Assembly (NCBI GenBank): GCA_964016885.1
Contig: OZ024742.1
Location: 254,076,001-254,140,000 of the forward strand
Length of the DNA stretch: 64,000 nucleotides
Reading direction: 5' to 3'
Source: Eledone cirrhosa
Taxonomy: Eukaryota
Below, piece by piece: positions 26,190 to 39,870 of this stretch. Below the pieces are notes generated by a model that was not told where the DNA came from, did no database searches, and saw only the letters and a list, made by a program, of their open reading frames with translations. Position 1 is the first letter of the stretch; each line of letters opens with the position of its first letter. A program made the position numbers and the translations under genes.

Positions 26190-28540
26190 ACCATCAAAAC
26201 AGAATTACTAGGAGGAAATAGACAAAGAGATATTGCCATAAGCACAGTCGAGGTGAAGGATCAAGTGGCCAAGTTACCAAACTGGAAAGCTCCCTGTCCA
26301 GATCGGCCCCATGGTTTTTGGTTGAAGAGATGCAATACACTTCATGAAAGACTGAGAAATCAATTGAATGAATGTGTCTAGAGTGGAGCAATTCTCTCTG
26401 GGATAGTAATAGGAAGGACAATGCTCATAATAAAAGATAGAAGGGGAATGTTGTTAGAAACTACCATCCTATAACATCCCTGAACATAATATGGAAGGTA
26501 CTTGCTGGGATATCTGTGGAGAAGATGTATACTTTAATCTACAGGAAGGGAACAAAAAAGATATAGGAAGAGATCTCAGAGTACCAAGGATGACCAGGAT
26601 ATTGATATCAGCTTTGAGTCATTGTTAAAAAACATCATAACAACAAAGCCTGGATTGACTTTAAGAAGGCATATGATATGTGCCTTATTCTTGGACTGTT
26701 AACTGCCTGCAGATGTTTGGTATTGCTTACATCACAAATTTTCTTCTGAATTGTATGGTAGAGTGGAAGACCAAGTTGTACTCAAGCAATGTATTCCTTT
26801 GAGAAATAGAAATTAAAAGGGGTATTTCCAAGGTGACTCATTTTAACCATTACTATTTGTCATAACCCTTATACCTATAGTACTGGCACTTAGGAAAGTT
26901 AAAGTGGGTTACCAATGTGGAAAGAAAAGACCATTCATAAACCATCATCTGTTTATGGATGACCTGAAATTGTTTGGGAAGTCTGAAAACCAGATAGATC
27001 ATTTGGTTAAAACAGTCCAGATATGTAGCAGTGACATTGGTATGGAATTTGAGATTTCCAAATTTTCTGTGCTCAAAATAAAAAGAAGGAAGAAGGCAGT
27101 CAATCTGTAGTGGATTAAGGTTGCCATCGGGAGAAACTATAGGGGAACTGGAAGATAGTGCAAAGAAGAATTTGGGGATTTTAGAACTGGATGACATTTT
27201 AGATGCAGAAATGAAAGAAAAGTTTAGTGACATATTTAAAATTAAAAATGATTTTAAAATCCAACCTGAATGAGAAATCTAATCACTGCAATGAATATCT
27301 GGGTAGTTGCTGTGATTAGATGTAGTGTGTCCCTTCTCAGGTTAGCTGAAGAAGAAATAACAAAGTTAGATAAACTGGCGAGAAAGTTAATGACATTGTA
27401 TGGAACCTTAAAGCAAATATAAACAGATTATGCATGAAGAGAAAGAATGGTGGTAGAAATCTCATCAGTGTGGATTATTGTATAAGGACGGTGAATTGGC
27501 AGTATAGGTAGAGGGTCAGACACCATGCTTTCCAACATAGTTACGTCCCTTTACGATCTGAGTTCAAATCCCGCCGAGGTTGACTTTGCCTTTCAATCCT
27601 TACGGGGTCGATAAAATAAAGTACCAGTAATGCACTGGGTAATTGCTGGCCTTGTGCCTAAAGTAGAAACAATTATTGTATAAGGAGTGAAAGGAGAATG
27701 CTTGCAGAATATTTGGTAAACAGTGACGAAGAGATGTTGCAATATGCAGCAGAGGATATGGGTATAATTGTAGATGAAATAGTAATGAACAGTTGAACCA
27801 GAAAGTTGAAGAGAAGAGAAAGATCTGGAAATGAGAATGCATGGGCAGTTTGAAATAAATACACAGTATATTAAGGATAAAACAACAACATTTAAGCAAG
27901 GTGATTTGAAGTATACCACTGAATGCTTTATGATTACAGCACACGGCCAAGTTCTTGTTACCAATTCAGTGAAGTATAACATCTACAAAACTTCTGATAC
28001 CCAGAAATGCAGACTGAATGAAAAGAATGTAACCTATTTGGTAAGTGGATATGAAAGCCTTGCGCAAAAAGAATACAAGTGCCATCCTGATAAAGTCTGT
28101 TTGTACCTTTATTGGATTTGATGTCATTCAAGTTAACAGGGAATTAGTATAAGCATGTGTCTAGTAAAGTAATAGGAAAGCAATGATATTCTGGGATCAT
28201 GGTTTTCTGACTGATAGTGTAATTGAGCATCACTAATTGAACATTGTTGTATGTATTTAACAAATAAGACAAATACTGTCAGGTCATTGATGTAGCTATA
28301 ACAAATATCAGGAACATTGCGAGTAAAGTGGTTTGGAACGAGAGAGAGCAACGTGAAAGTGATACCAGTTTAGGGTCAATCCCATTGAAACTTCAAGACT
28401 CCTTAAAGCAGTTGAGAATGCCATGCGAGATTGGTGTCATAGGTACTGCACACATTTTAAGGAAAGTACTATCTGTCTGAGGTCCTTGGTGTGACTTGAC
28501 AGGTGACTAAATACTCCAGTGCATTTTCCATCTACACTGC
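26190..28540 (+). pseudogene. Highly degenerate R4/Dong-like non-LTR retrotransposon (RT and C-terminus)
   Basis: Fragments PNWKAP, NYHPIT, WIDFKKAYD, FQGDS, NHHLFMDDLKLF, MHGQF, KCRL, GTAHILRKVL. A SINE is inserted at ~27500-27678. Confidence 0.8.
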
Positions 28541-28949
28541 ATGACAAAGTAATAATGGTTTCTGATTTAGACACAAGGCCAACAACATTTGAGGAGAGAA
28601 AAAGTGGATTAAATCAACTCTGGTGCATTACTGGTACTTTACTTTGTCCAGCCCTTAAGGATGAAAGGCAAAGTTAACCTCAGTGATATTTGAAATCAGT
28701 ACATAAGGAGCTAGTACTCTATACCATGAAAGATGGCATCCAACTCTCAACCGATACTGCCAATTACTGACAAAGTAATAATAGAAATGGTTTCTAATTT
28801 AGGCACAAGGCCAGTAATTTGGAGGGGCATTCAATTATATTGACCCTAGGAGGATGAAAGGCAAAGTTGACCATGACAGGATTTGAACATAAATAGATAT
28901 ATCTAAATCTAGTAAAGCCTTTTTGTTCGATGCTTTAATGATCCTGTCA

Positions 28950-29620
28950 GTGCCATAAATAACTTCTGACTTGCTCACTAAAGGAAAAACCAGCCTGATA
29001 CCCAAGAATAATATCACAGCAAACCTTCAAAACTACAGGCTCATAACATGTCAAGCTACAAGGCCTTAACTGCAATAATATCACAGGGAGTGACCAAACA
29101 TGTGAAAAAAATAACAATTTCTTTATAGAAGAGCAGAAAGGATGCTGCAATTGCTCATATGGTTGTAATGACCAATTACTCATCAACAAAGCTATAACAG
29201 AAAATTGCAGAAAAAGCAAAGAAATATTAGCATGGCATGGACTGATTACCAGAAGGCTTTTATAGTATTCCCCATCTGCTGATACTGATCACACTAGCCA
29301 TAAACAAAGTAATTTCAACAATAAAAACATTCATTAAACATGCCATTAATAAACAGCAAACAGTTCTGTAGATACAAACAAATGATGAATTTATAGAAAA
29401 TGAACCCATCCCAATCAACATAGGTATATTTCAAAGGTTGCCTAGTATTGACATTTTTATTTGAGATACTAAACATGAAATGGATATATATATTATAGTA
29501 AAAAAGTAACCACTTCCTGTTTATGGATGATCTAAAGCTGAATGCTGCAGTTGTGAAACAACAGGAAAGATTGCTGCAGATACTACATGGATTTACAAAA
29601 GAAATAGGCATGAAATTTGA
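28950..29620 (+). pseudogene. Second degenerate R4/Dong-like RT fragment
   Basis: GKTSLIPK..NYR, EEQKGC, DQLLINK, AWTDYQKAF, LFMDDLKL. Confidence 0.7.
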
Positions 29621-31303
29621 CAACCGCTCTAGTACTTCTGTGATGATAAAATGCACCCAGTACTCTGTGAAGGGGTTGGTGTTAGGAGGAACTACCTGCT
29701 ACAGAAAACGTGCAATAAAATGGGTTGAAAGGAATCTTCTGTTGTTTCAAGGACATGACAAACTATCTAGTGCTGGTTCGACAATAAGATGCCACCAGTA
29801 AACTCTGTAGACCTCGTTAGCCTAGGATGGCAGTCTCTCTGTGAGAAGAATAACTTTGACTTAAAAGCTAGGGTAGATAGGACTCCTTAGTCACCTTGAT
29901 GACAACTTTTCAAGTGGCTGACGTCTTCATACCTGTGATGTAGGCGGATAAGCTATAGCTTCATAGCCAGTTTCCAATTAATGGTTGGACAAGAATTTGA
30001 GACCCACCAGCATCATGTGAATTATGGACATACCGAATCATATAGATTAACTGTGGTGCTATTATCCATGGTCCCTGAGCCTCAGGAATGAAGATGTGAA
30101 GAGACCAGGCCAGACACTCAGTGGAGTGTTTCGTGTTAGGAAGAATATCCAGTTATAGAAAACTTACAAAACAAAGAGTTGAAAGGACTCTCCAGATGTA
30201 TCAAAGACAAGACAACCTCCCTTGTGCTGATGCCACAATAAAATGCACTTGGTGCACTCTGTAGAGTACATGGGTGTATGTACACGAAATGTGCCTCCGT
30301 CTAAGAGGTCAGTAGAGCTGATTAAATATCGAGCAATCTAACTCTTGCTAGCAGGGATAAAGGGATGTTAAATGAGGATGATGATGATGCTGATGATCAT
30401 AATATATACATGTATTTATAGATATATGCATTTGAGTGGGTGTTTATGCATTTTACACCAGCAATCAATGTACAAGTATACACTCTAGTATGCCGTCTGT
30501 ATTAACACTGGCAGTAGTAATTACAGAGTAATCAGAATTAGAAAATGTCTGAAATTTAAAATATAAAATCAATAAACATTCACTTTCTGTATTCATTTGA
30601 ATAAAATTTTGCATTCTAATTATTTCTCTAGATTTATTTCAAAATCTTTGATAATTTTCAATTATTTGCTTTGTATTTTTTCTTATATAATTTACATTTT
30701 TTTGTGTCGCCTATCTTTATATTTCCTTTTTAACTGATAAAAGTGTTTTCTCAAATGTGTATGCTAACATAAATATAAAATTTATAGAATAAAAAAAGTA
30801 AAACTTAAAACGAAAACAAAAAAATATATATAAAAGGAATACACATGCATCATACTAAGAGGTACTGCTTTTTTTCCAGCAGCATCTGATGTATTTGTAT
30901 GCTCTGGTCCACATAATTATATTATATTTTTTTATCTACTTATCCTCCTTTCAATTTTCAGCTCCTGTATAAAACAGTTGTTTTGTAACCGTTGCACTTT
31001 TCACTGTTCTGTCTTCTACAATAGCTATCAACATTTTAAATGTAATTATATCTTTGATATTTCTTTAGTGCTTCATTCAACATTATTTTATTCTTTGTTA
31101 TCATCCTTATCAGAGATTCTACAGCTAGATGCCCTTCCTCATGCAAACCACTTTACAGAATCTACTGGGTACATTTTATCATGGCACTTGTCAACCACGT
31201 TAAAGAGTCTGTTGGGTGCCTACTCTGTTGTTTGGAAATTGAAGCACCTTTGTCTTCATTTTGTGCCAAAGACTTTCCAAAGAAATCTTGCTGATCTAAT
31301 TAA

Positions 31304-31495
31304 CCCTTTAGCATTTACATTACTCAATATTTATTATTGTATTTTTGTGGTAAAAGCTTTATCTCATAATTATCTCACATAATATCGAATATATGAGATT
31401 TTGATGTTATTTATTTTGAGAAAAATACCTTAACATCAGTATGAGTGGCCAATTAAAGAGGTGAGAGAATTCTGGTCAGTTAAAATGCTAAAGGG
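31304..31495. mobile_element. piggyBac-type MITE
   Basis: TTAA|CCCTTTAGCATTT ... AAATGCTAAAGGG|TTAA; second copy at 60313-60513. Confidence 0.85.
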
Positions 31496-32243
31496 TTAAA
31501 CAACACTTCTAGACTAGACTGAGGTCAAGATTTCCAAGGTTTGCTTTCAAATTCTTTGTCATAGTCCTAAAAACGCTGGTGACAATTGACATGAACATGA
31601 TCTTGTCAACTTCTTTTATTTTCTTTCAGTACTTGAAGATTTCACTATAATGTGCTACATTTTTGCCTCCTATTGTTCTTATTTTTTTTACACTATTATT
31701 TTCAAGTCATGACTGTTTGTGTTAACAACAACAACAACAGACCAATAAAGTATTGAGTGTCTTTTGCTGAATCAATAATACTAATGTATTGTATAAGAAC
31801 ATCAAAGTATATTGAATTGACCTGGCCAATGGAAATCATTTTTAGTTTAGCCTTACCCTAACTTTGCAAACATGAAATAAAAATATTTTGACAACATCAT
31901 CAATATTAATGTGGACAAGTGGGAATATAACTAGCAATATGACATTAAAAAAATAACATAGTACTAAAATTGAAACATTAAAAGTTAAAAGAAATTAAAA
32001 AGGGCTGTCAGTCCATAAAATGATCAGATGGTATATTGAATATTATTGAATATTATTAAAAATAACTACAGAATATAGAAGCAAATTATTAAGCAATGAA
32101 CAAGATGTATGCTAATCTGATACAGTAAAGATAAAATGCCATGATAAAATGCCATGATAAAATGCCACAAAAACATACACACAGACAGTATTCTATAGTA
32201 TATTAGCATAATATGGAACTGATGATAATATATATGTATATAT

Positions 32244-32955
32244 ATCATCATCATCATCATCATCATCTTCGTTTAACGTCCATTTTCCACGCTAGCATGG
32301 GTTAGACGGGAGTTGTCCCACTTGACTCAAGGTTGGTCGGGTGACCGTGTCTCGCTCATATAGGACTATCTGGCAGGTTTTCTACGACTGGATGCCCTTC
32401 CTAACACCAACCACATTTACAGTGTGGAACTGGGAACTTTTTACCGTGTTACCTACACGGCCACATTACAGCGTGGACTGTGTTTTTTTCTCGTGACACC
32501 TACACAATCTCGATCTCATTTATTTGGACTGGATGTTGTGGTACCAACTTTATAGAGAGAGGGTGGTGTTGGTGGGAGTGGGAGGATAGGGTAGTGGTAG
32601 TGGATTGGGGTGTATATTTAGTTAAGAGGTGCCTACTGACTGTAGGTTTCGCTTTGTACATAGGCAAGGCAGGTCTTCTGTATTACTGCGCAGGGCCAAA
32701 GATCTCGGTCCAGTGACATTGTTTTAGAGAGGTGCAAGTGTGTAAGGTCGGAATTTATCAGATCGTCCCAGGTTTTTCTGGGTCTGCCTACTCCGTAACT
32801 ACCATCAATTTTGATCACCCTGCACTTTTTTATACAGATGTCGTCTTTCATGCGCATCACGTGGCCATACCAGTGTAGTCTTCTCTTGAGTAAACAGCAT
32901 CTGATACCTCTTATTCCTAATTTCTCGCTTACTTCTTTTATGCTTTGCCATTCAC

Positions 32956-32958
<3 letters not shown>
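32244..32958 (-). mobile_element. RTE LINE family C 3' fragment
   Basis: YGHVMRMKDD..GRPRKTWDD, 3'UTR and (GAT)n tail; homologous to 42250-42940. Confidence 0.85.
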
Positions 32959-32999
<41 letters not shown>

Positions 33000-33000
<1 letters not shown>

Positions 33001-33270
33001 TTAAGAGGAATTAGATGTAGTGTGCAGGAGAGAAAACTCTGTTGGTATGACTATGTGATGCATATGGAGGGTGGGTGTTGGGTGAAGAAGTGCTAAGAAA
33101 TCTCAGTGGAAAGGACCTGAGGTAGAGGGAGACCAAAGAAGACCTAGGCAGAGATCGTCAGAGCTGATCTCATATCACTGAATCTCACAGACATGATGAC
33201 AAAGGATAGAGATAATTAAAGATGCTGTGCTAGAAAGAACTCATCCAATATGTGTAAAATAAAAAAAGAG
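33000..33270 (+). mobile_element. Degenerate RTE family A-like 3' fragment
   Basis: Similar to 3160-3400. Confidence 0.65.
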
Positions 33271-34019
33271 ATGTGTGAAATTTCTAAAAGCTTTTTGGTT
33301 TTCTTTTAAATACTTATGACATTGGATTTATTTGATCTACATAATTAATATTCTTTTCTTCTCCTTACATATGGTATCATTTATATTTTATTTTAAAATA
33401 TATTGTATACATCATTCTTCACTTTTATTATCATATTATTTTATCTTTTATTACCCTTGACATGTAAATCCCGAAGTTTATTTATTTTGGTTTTCATCTT
33501 CATGTTTATATCAGTGTTTTGATAATTTGCTGGTATAAGCAGTATTTAAAATTGAATTTCACAATAACATAGCAATTTTAAGACGTAATCGATTACATAC
33601 TAGGCAATGAAACATATGTTAATGATTGGAATAAATCCCTATTGTATCTGTGTTAATATTTGTTCATTCATTATTAATACTCCAGGAATACTTACCTCAG
33701 AACTGTCCAAAATAGGTCCTCCAAACAACACAACTAAGTAAACATCTTGTTGAGTTAACCAACATTGCACGTTAAAATCCTCCATGGTACAGATTACTTG
33801 TAACCTCTTCTTGGATAACCTTAAACAATACCTCATTTACTCTGATATATATATACGTATATATATATATCATCATCATCATCTTCGTTTAACGGCCATC
33901 TTCTACGCTAGCATGTATATATATGTATATATATAATATATATATACATATAATTATATAAATATATACACATATATATATACACATACATATATATATA
34001 CACACATAGATATGTATAT

Positions 34020-34059
<40 letters not shown>

Positions 34060-34067
34060 TATATATC

Positions 34068-34100
<33 letters not shown>

Positions 34101-34237
34101 ATATACATATCTATGTGTGTATATATATATGTATGTGTATATATATATATGTGTATATATTTATATAATTATATGTATATAGATATATATTATATATATA
34201 CATATATATACATGCTATATATATATATATATATATA

Positions 34238-34602
34238 TCATCATCATTTTATGTCTGCTTTTCCCTGCTTGCAAGGGTCAGATGGGAACTGATTCTGGCT
34301 TGATTTCTACAGCTGGATGCGCTTCCTAACACCAACCTTATTTGAAGTGAGTGCTGGGTGGCACCTACACGTCCACTTTACAGTGTGGGCTAGGTGCTTT
34401 TTTGCTGTGGCACCTCCACGACCACTTTCCAGTGGAATGATAGGGACCCCAGTCCTATCATCTCATTTTTACAGCTGAGTAAACTGGAGCAATGTGAAAT
34501 AAAGTGTTTTGCTCAAGGAAACAACACATCACCCGGTGTGAGAATTGAACTCGCAACCTTTCGATTGCAAGGCCAATGCTCTAACCACTAAGCCATGTGC
34601 CA
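34238..34602 (-). mobile_element. tRNA-derived SINE, same family as 41-359
   Basis: Box A and box B head, CORE-like segment, RTE-type body and tail. Confidence 0.85.
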
Positions 34603-34799
34603 TGTATATATATATACATATATATATATATATGTATATATATATACATATGTATATGCATATATATATATATATATACATATATACATATATATATATA
34701 AATATATACATATATATACATATATAGATATATACATATATATATACATATATACATATATATATATATACATATGTACATATATATATAAATATATAC

Positions 34800-34890
<91 letters not shown>

Positions 34891-34893
<3 letters not shown>

Positions 34894-36681
34894 GTTTGTA
34901 TATGTATAATAAAGCCAAAACAATGCAGGTATGGACATGGTGGTGTAAGCGCGTGTGTGTGTGTGTGCGTGCGTGTGTGTGTGTGGGGTGTGTGTGTAAA
35001 TATGGGGCTAGAAGCTCTATCAAGTTGTAAATTGGGTGTTGAGTTCTAGTCTATTATCGATTGGTGGTTGTGTTTTGTCTATAATTAGTGCTTCCTTAAT
35101 TCTAAGATTGCCGAGGTTTCTTTCCTCAGTTTCTATCCTCAGTTTCTATCCTCAGTTTCTATCCTAACTGTTATGGTTTTGTCGGTGTTTTTGCATTTAA
35201 CTAGGTGTTTCTTAAATGAGGAAGCGTTAGTATTGAGGTGTTCTTTTATTCTTATGTGGAGTGGTCTGGTGGTGCTACCTACGTAGAAGTTGCTGCATTT
35301 GTCACACTCTAGTCTGTATACGACGTAAGCCTGGCCGCATAGGTCTGTGTCGTTGATGGGGCAGTTGGCTAGCCTGCAGAGGTTGTCATGTCTGGTGGAG
35401 TGTCCTTTGGTTAGCTGTCCGCGTAGAGAAGGACCTGAGTGGGCCAGTTGGATATCTAGTCCCTCTCGTCTGATAGCTCTGCGGATGGCTGTTGTTGTTT
35501 CGTCACTGAAGTGTGGGCGCTTCAGGAAGCAAGTGTTAGTGCCTCGGGTGTGGTGTCCTCTGTTCTTTCTGGCACGGTTTGTGGTGGATGTCGTGTATCC
35601 GTTCAGTTTGAATACTTCCAGGAAATGTGTGGTGTGTGTGTCTCGGTCTCTAGCGTCGGTGCATTTGTTCCGGATACGTGTTAATTCGTTCCTTATGTAT
35701 CTGAACTTAGCGCCGGTCGAGAGGGCCGATCTGAAATGTACGAACAGGTCCCTGCTGGCGGCTTTTTTATAGAAGCAGGTGTGGATGTTGCCTTCCTCTG
35801 TTACCCTGAGTTGGAAGTCCAGTAGGGATAGGGATCCGCGGTCATCGGGGTGTTCCATGCTGAACTTTATACTGGCGTCCATGCTGGAGAATGTTGTGTA
35901 TATTTTATCTGCCTCCTCATGGGATGATGTAAGGAGGAGTATGTCATCATTTAAGAAACACCTAGTTAAATGCAAAAATACCGACAAAACCATAACAGTT
36001 AGGATAGAAACTGAGGAAAGAAACCTCTGCAATATTAGAATTAAGGAAGCACTAACTATAGACAAAACACGACCACCAATCAATAATAGACTAGAACTCA
36101 ACACCCAATTTATAACTTGATAGAGCTTCTAGCCCATATTTACCCCCCCCCCATACACACACGCTTACACCACCACTTATTCTCTCTCACACACACAAAT
36201 ACACACACAAAGACCAGTTCTAACACGAGATAACATCTATCCCCCACATTTACGTATAGACATATCTTCTCACACTCACACACACACACTCACATACTTA
36301 CACCTTCATGCATTTTCCCACACACTTAAACAGCCATGTACAAAAAAAAACACTTTTAAAGAGAGACTACTCTTTATCCACCTAATCTTAACTCTTTGAC
36401 ATTAGCGATAGAACAGATACTCTATACCATTTCCTGTCAGCATGACTTGGCAAGCTATTTAGAACACTGGTTTAACCGCTTTACTTCCCTCCGAAGAAGA
36501 GATATTATCTCCAAAATTAAGGACATTTAAATAAATCTAAGGTAAACGACTAATTGTCAACAATATCTTTTGCATTTGCATTCTTTATTCTATGTCCATA
36601 CCTGCATTGTTTTGGCTTTATTATACATATACAAACGTTTATACCTCATTACACAATGCTTCAAGTGAACTATAACCTCCT

Positions 36682-36685
<4 letters not shown>
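34891..36685. mobile_element. Penelope-like element (Penelope/Poseidon type), 5'-truncated, with an inverted 3'-end copy
   Basis: Minus strand ~35945-35020: DDILLL, IKFSME, LSLLD, FYKK, LNGY, VVYRLEC..C..FYVGSTTR..RIKEH, IKEAL. Plus strand 35945-36685 repeats the endonuclease C-terminus and 3'UTR in inverted orientation. A 13-bp triplication at 35123-35161 frameshifts the ORF. Confidence 0.88.
36486..36523 (+). ncRNA. Degenerate minimal hammerhead motif in the Penelope-like 3'UTR
   Basis: tccct-CCGAAGA-agagat(att)atctcc-AAAA-ttaagga: stem II pairs, but both core segments deviate from CTGAAGA and GAAA. Confidence 0.45.
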
Positions 36686-36738
<53 letters not shown>

Positions 36739-36830
36739 CAGTTCCCGTCCCACCCTTGCAAGCAGGGAAAAGCGAAATGATGATATATACATATGTATAC
36801 ATATATACATATACATATACATATACATAC

Positions 36831-36875
<45 letters not shown>

Positions 36876-36879
36876 CATA

Positions 36880-37256
36880 TGTAGCCAAACTTGTCCACAC
36901 CTCGAACCCTGGATGACATCTAAAAGTCAAATTATAGGTCACCACTCTTTTGGCGTTGACAGGTGGCTGCGTGGGCGATCCCTCGAGGCAGGGGACGGAA
37001 AGCTGGGGATATAAATAGCCGGTGGAAGAAAGAAAGAAATAGACTCAGGACGAGAACTACTACGACGGATTGCAACAAACTTTAACCACCAACAAATTTC
37101 ATTTGGTCGATCGCTGTTTTCACATCAACAACTAAAACATTGTCAACCTTCGCAACTCGTGGTAACTTGATTATTGTTCTTTTTGACTGAACTGAAGTAA
37201 ATCTTTATATATAAACTAAATCTTTATTCTTGTTATAATCATTTCTAATAACCACA
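36880..37256 (+). mobile_element. Probable solo LTR
   Basis: TGTAG...ACCACA termini like the Gypsy LTRs at 43479 and 48743; internal TATAAATA; flanks CATA/TATA. Confidence 0.5.
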
Positions 37257-37291
37257 TATAACCATCTAATTACTTAAAAATACCCTTCGTT

Positions 37292-37370
<79 letters not shown>

Positions 37371-37431
37371 CATATATATACATATATATATACATACATA
37401 TATATACATATATATATACATACATATATAT

Positions 37432-37637
37432 ACCAACTAGAAATAGATTGACATATATATATATATAAAATAAATACATGGAACATTCACAGGGAATAAT
37501 TTGTAAAGAATGTAAACACACATAGCTACCTAGCTATTTCTGCTTACATTCTTTACAAATTATTCCCTGTGATTGTTCCATGTATTTATTTTACATATAT
37601 ATATATATATATATATATGTCAATTTATTTCTAGTTG
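37432..37637. repeat. ~85-bp-arm inverted repeat
   Basis: CAACTAGAAATAGATTGAC(AT)nAAAATAAATACATGGAACA..CAGGGAATAATTTGTAAAGAATGTAA mirrored around a ~27-nt spacer. Confidence 0.85.
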
Positions 37638-37743
37638 ATATGTAATGCTCGGATCTATTCATTGGAATCTTTGAGCTTATTCTACAGTGGATATGGCGCA
37701 TGTCTCTCAGACATGACAACCCTTAATTTAATTTTGGATATAT

Positions 37744-37867
<124 letters not shown>

Positions 37868-37909
37868 ATATCATCTGACACACCTCGTATGTATGTATAT
37901 GTATGTATG

Positions 37910-37940
<31 letters not shown>

Positions 37941-38034
37941 GTATGTATATATATATGTATATATATGTATATGTACTTGTATGTATGTGTATATGTAAGT
38001 ATATATATGTATATGTACTTGTATATATGTATAT

Positions 38035-38122
<88 letters not shown>

Positions 38123-38216
38123 ATATACATATATACAAGTACATATACATATATATACTTACATATACACATACATACAAGTACATATACATATATATAC
38201 ATATATATATACATAC

Positions 38217-38293
<77 letters not shown>

Positions 38294-38323
38294 CATACAT
38301 ACATATACATACATATATATATA

Positions 38324-39080
38324 CGAGGTGTGTCAGAAAAGTTCCAGGACTGATGTCACAAAAGATTTATTTCAAACCCAAACTTCACACCAAGAGTTTT
38401 CTCCTTCAAAGTAATCCCCTGGAGTATGTAACTGTAATCTTAGCTCTCTGAAGCGATCACACTTTTTTCTTCATAATTTTATATTCATGTCCTCTGTTTC
38501 AGGTCGTCCAGCAATGAGCACAGAGCAACGAACAAACTTGAAGTTTCTGGTATGGTTGGGGAAAACTCCGTCAGAAGCACTGGGATTGCTGCAGCAAGTG
38601 TATGGAGATGAGACGATGTCACGCTCACGTGTTTTTGAGTGGTGCAAGTTGACTCCAGGAGTGGAAGGCCCTCAACAACAAGGGCTGAGTCAACGTTGAG
38701 CGCGTCAGGCAGATGGTGCGTAGCGATCGTCGGCTGACTGTTCGACTGATGGCAAATGAGCTGGGCATGAATCAGGATAGCGTCTGGAAGATTCTGACTG
38801 GAGATTTGGACAGGCGGAAAGTCTGCGCGAAGATGGTGCCAAAACTGATGAACAATGACCAGAAGGGCCGATGCATGCAAGTGTGCCAGGACATCCTCGA
38901 GCGTCTTGAAACTGAACCAGACTTGCTAGGGACAATCATCACTGGTGATGAGTCATGGATCTTCGAGTACGACCCGGAGGGGACCTGTTTTGAAGATGTG
39001 GACGACATCAAAAGGCCGTGATGACGGAAATGCGGAGGATCCCGGAAGACTCCTTCCAGGAGTGCATGCAAGCGTGGCAA
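38324..39080 (+). mobile_element. Mariner transposon remnant, internally deleted
   Basis: TA|CGAGGTGTGTCAGAAAAGTTCC left end; EQRTNLKF..GKTPSE..VYGDETMSRSRVFEW, RKVCAKMVPK, ITGDESWIFEYDPE, then a deletion to the C-terminus; no right TIR seen. Confidence 0.85.
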
Positions 39081-39870
39081 TCTAAGTCAATGAAAAACAT
39101 CGTAACACATGCCAAAGTGCTGCCAACCACAACAACGAAACCCACATAAAAAAATGCGATAGACCCAACTGTGGCATATGCATCAACCTAATAGAGGGTT
39201 GGGAATTCTATTTCAAAGAAGGACAACGTTTTATAGTAAAACACAATTTCACATGCGCATCAGAAAATCTAATATACACATATATATATATATATACGTA
39301 TATATTAACTTGCACATGTTGTCGAGAACAATACATAGGCCAGACCAAAAACAGTCTCCGCCAACGCATGACTGGAATACAGAAAAATACCACTGAGTGA
39401 ACACATTGATACTTGTGCCGCCCAAATTCATCCCAACTTTAGAATCTTTCCCCTCTACAAATTTAAAGATAATGCCACCCACACCCAGCGCATCAGCAAG
39501 GAATCTCACTTTATTAACAAATACGGACCCCGTCTAAACACTTCTCCCTAAGACGAACCCACAACATACACACGTCAACATACATACCTACATCAGCATA
39601 CACCCTACATACATCCACATATAAACACAATGACATACGTAAACACAGATGTTCTATGGTGCAACACAAATATACACAAATTTGCATACCTTTTGATGTC
39701 TATAGATATAAACGTGCCGACACACACACATGCATATACGCACACGTGCATTGCACACTGATGGGCACATACATATTTGTACACAAGTATTCTCATACGG
39801 CAGGGCCTAATGGATTCCCCTTGCAGTACGTACAATCTGGACACTCACACACACCTTGGTGTTATGACAA
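39081..39870 (+). mobile_element. Penelope-like (Neptune-type) GIY-YIG 3' fragment and 3'UTR
   Basis: KCDRPNCGIC..HNFTCASENLIY..LTCTCC..QYIGQTKNSLRQRM..LSEHIDTC..KESHFINKY.P.LN, with frameshifts. Confidence 0.75.
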
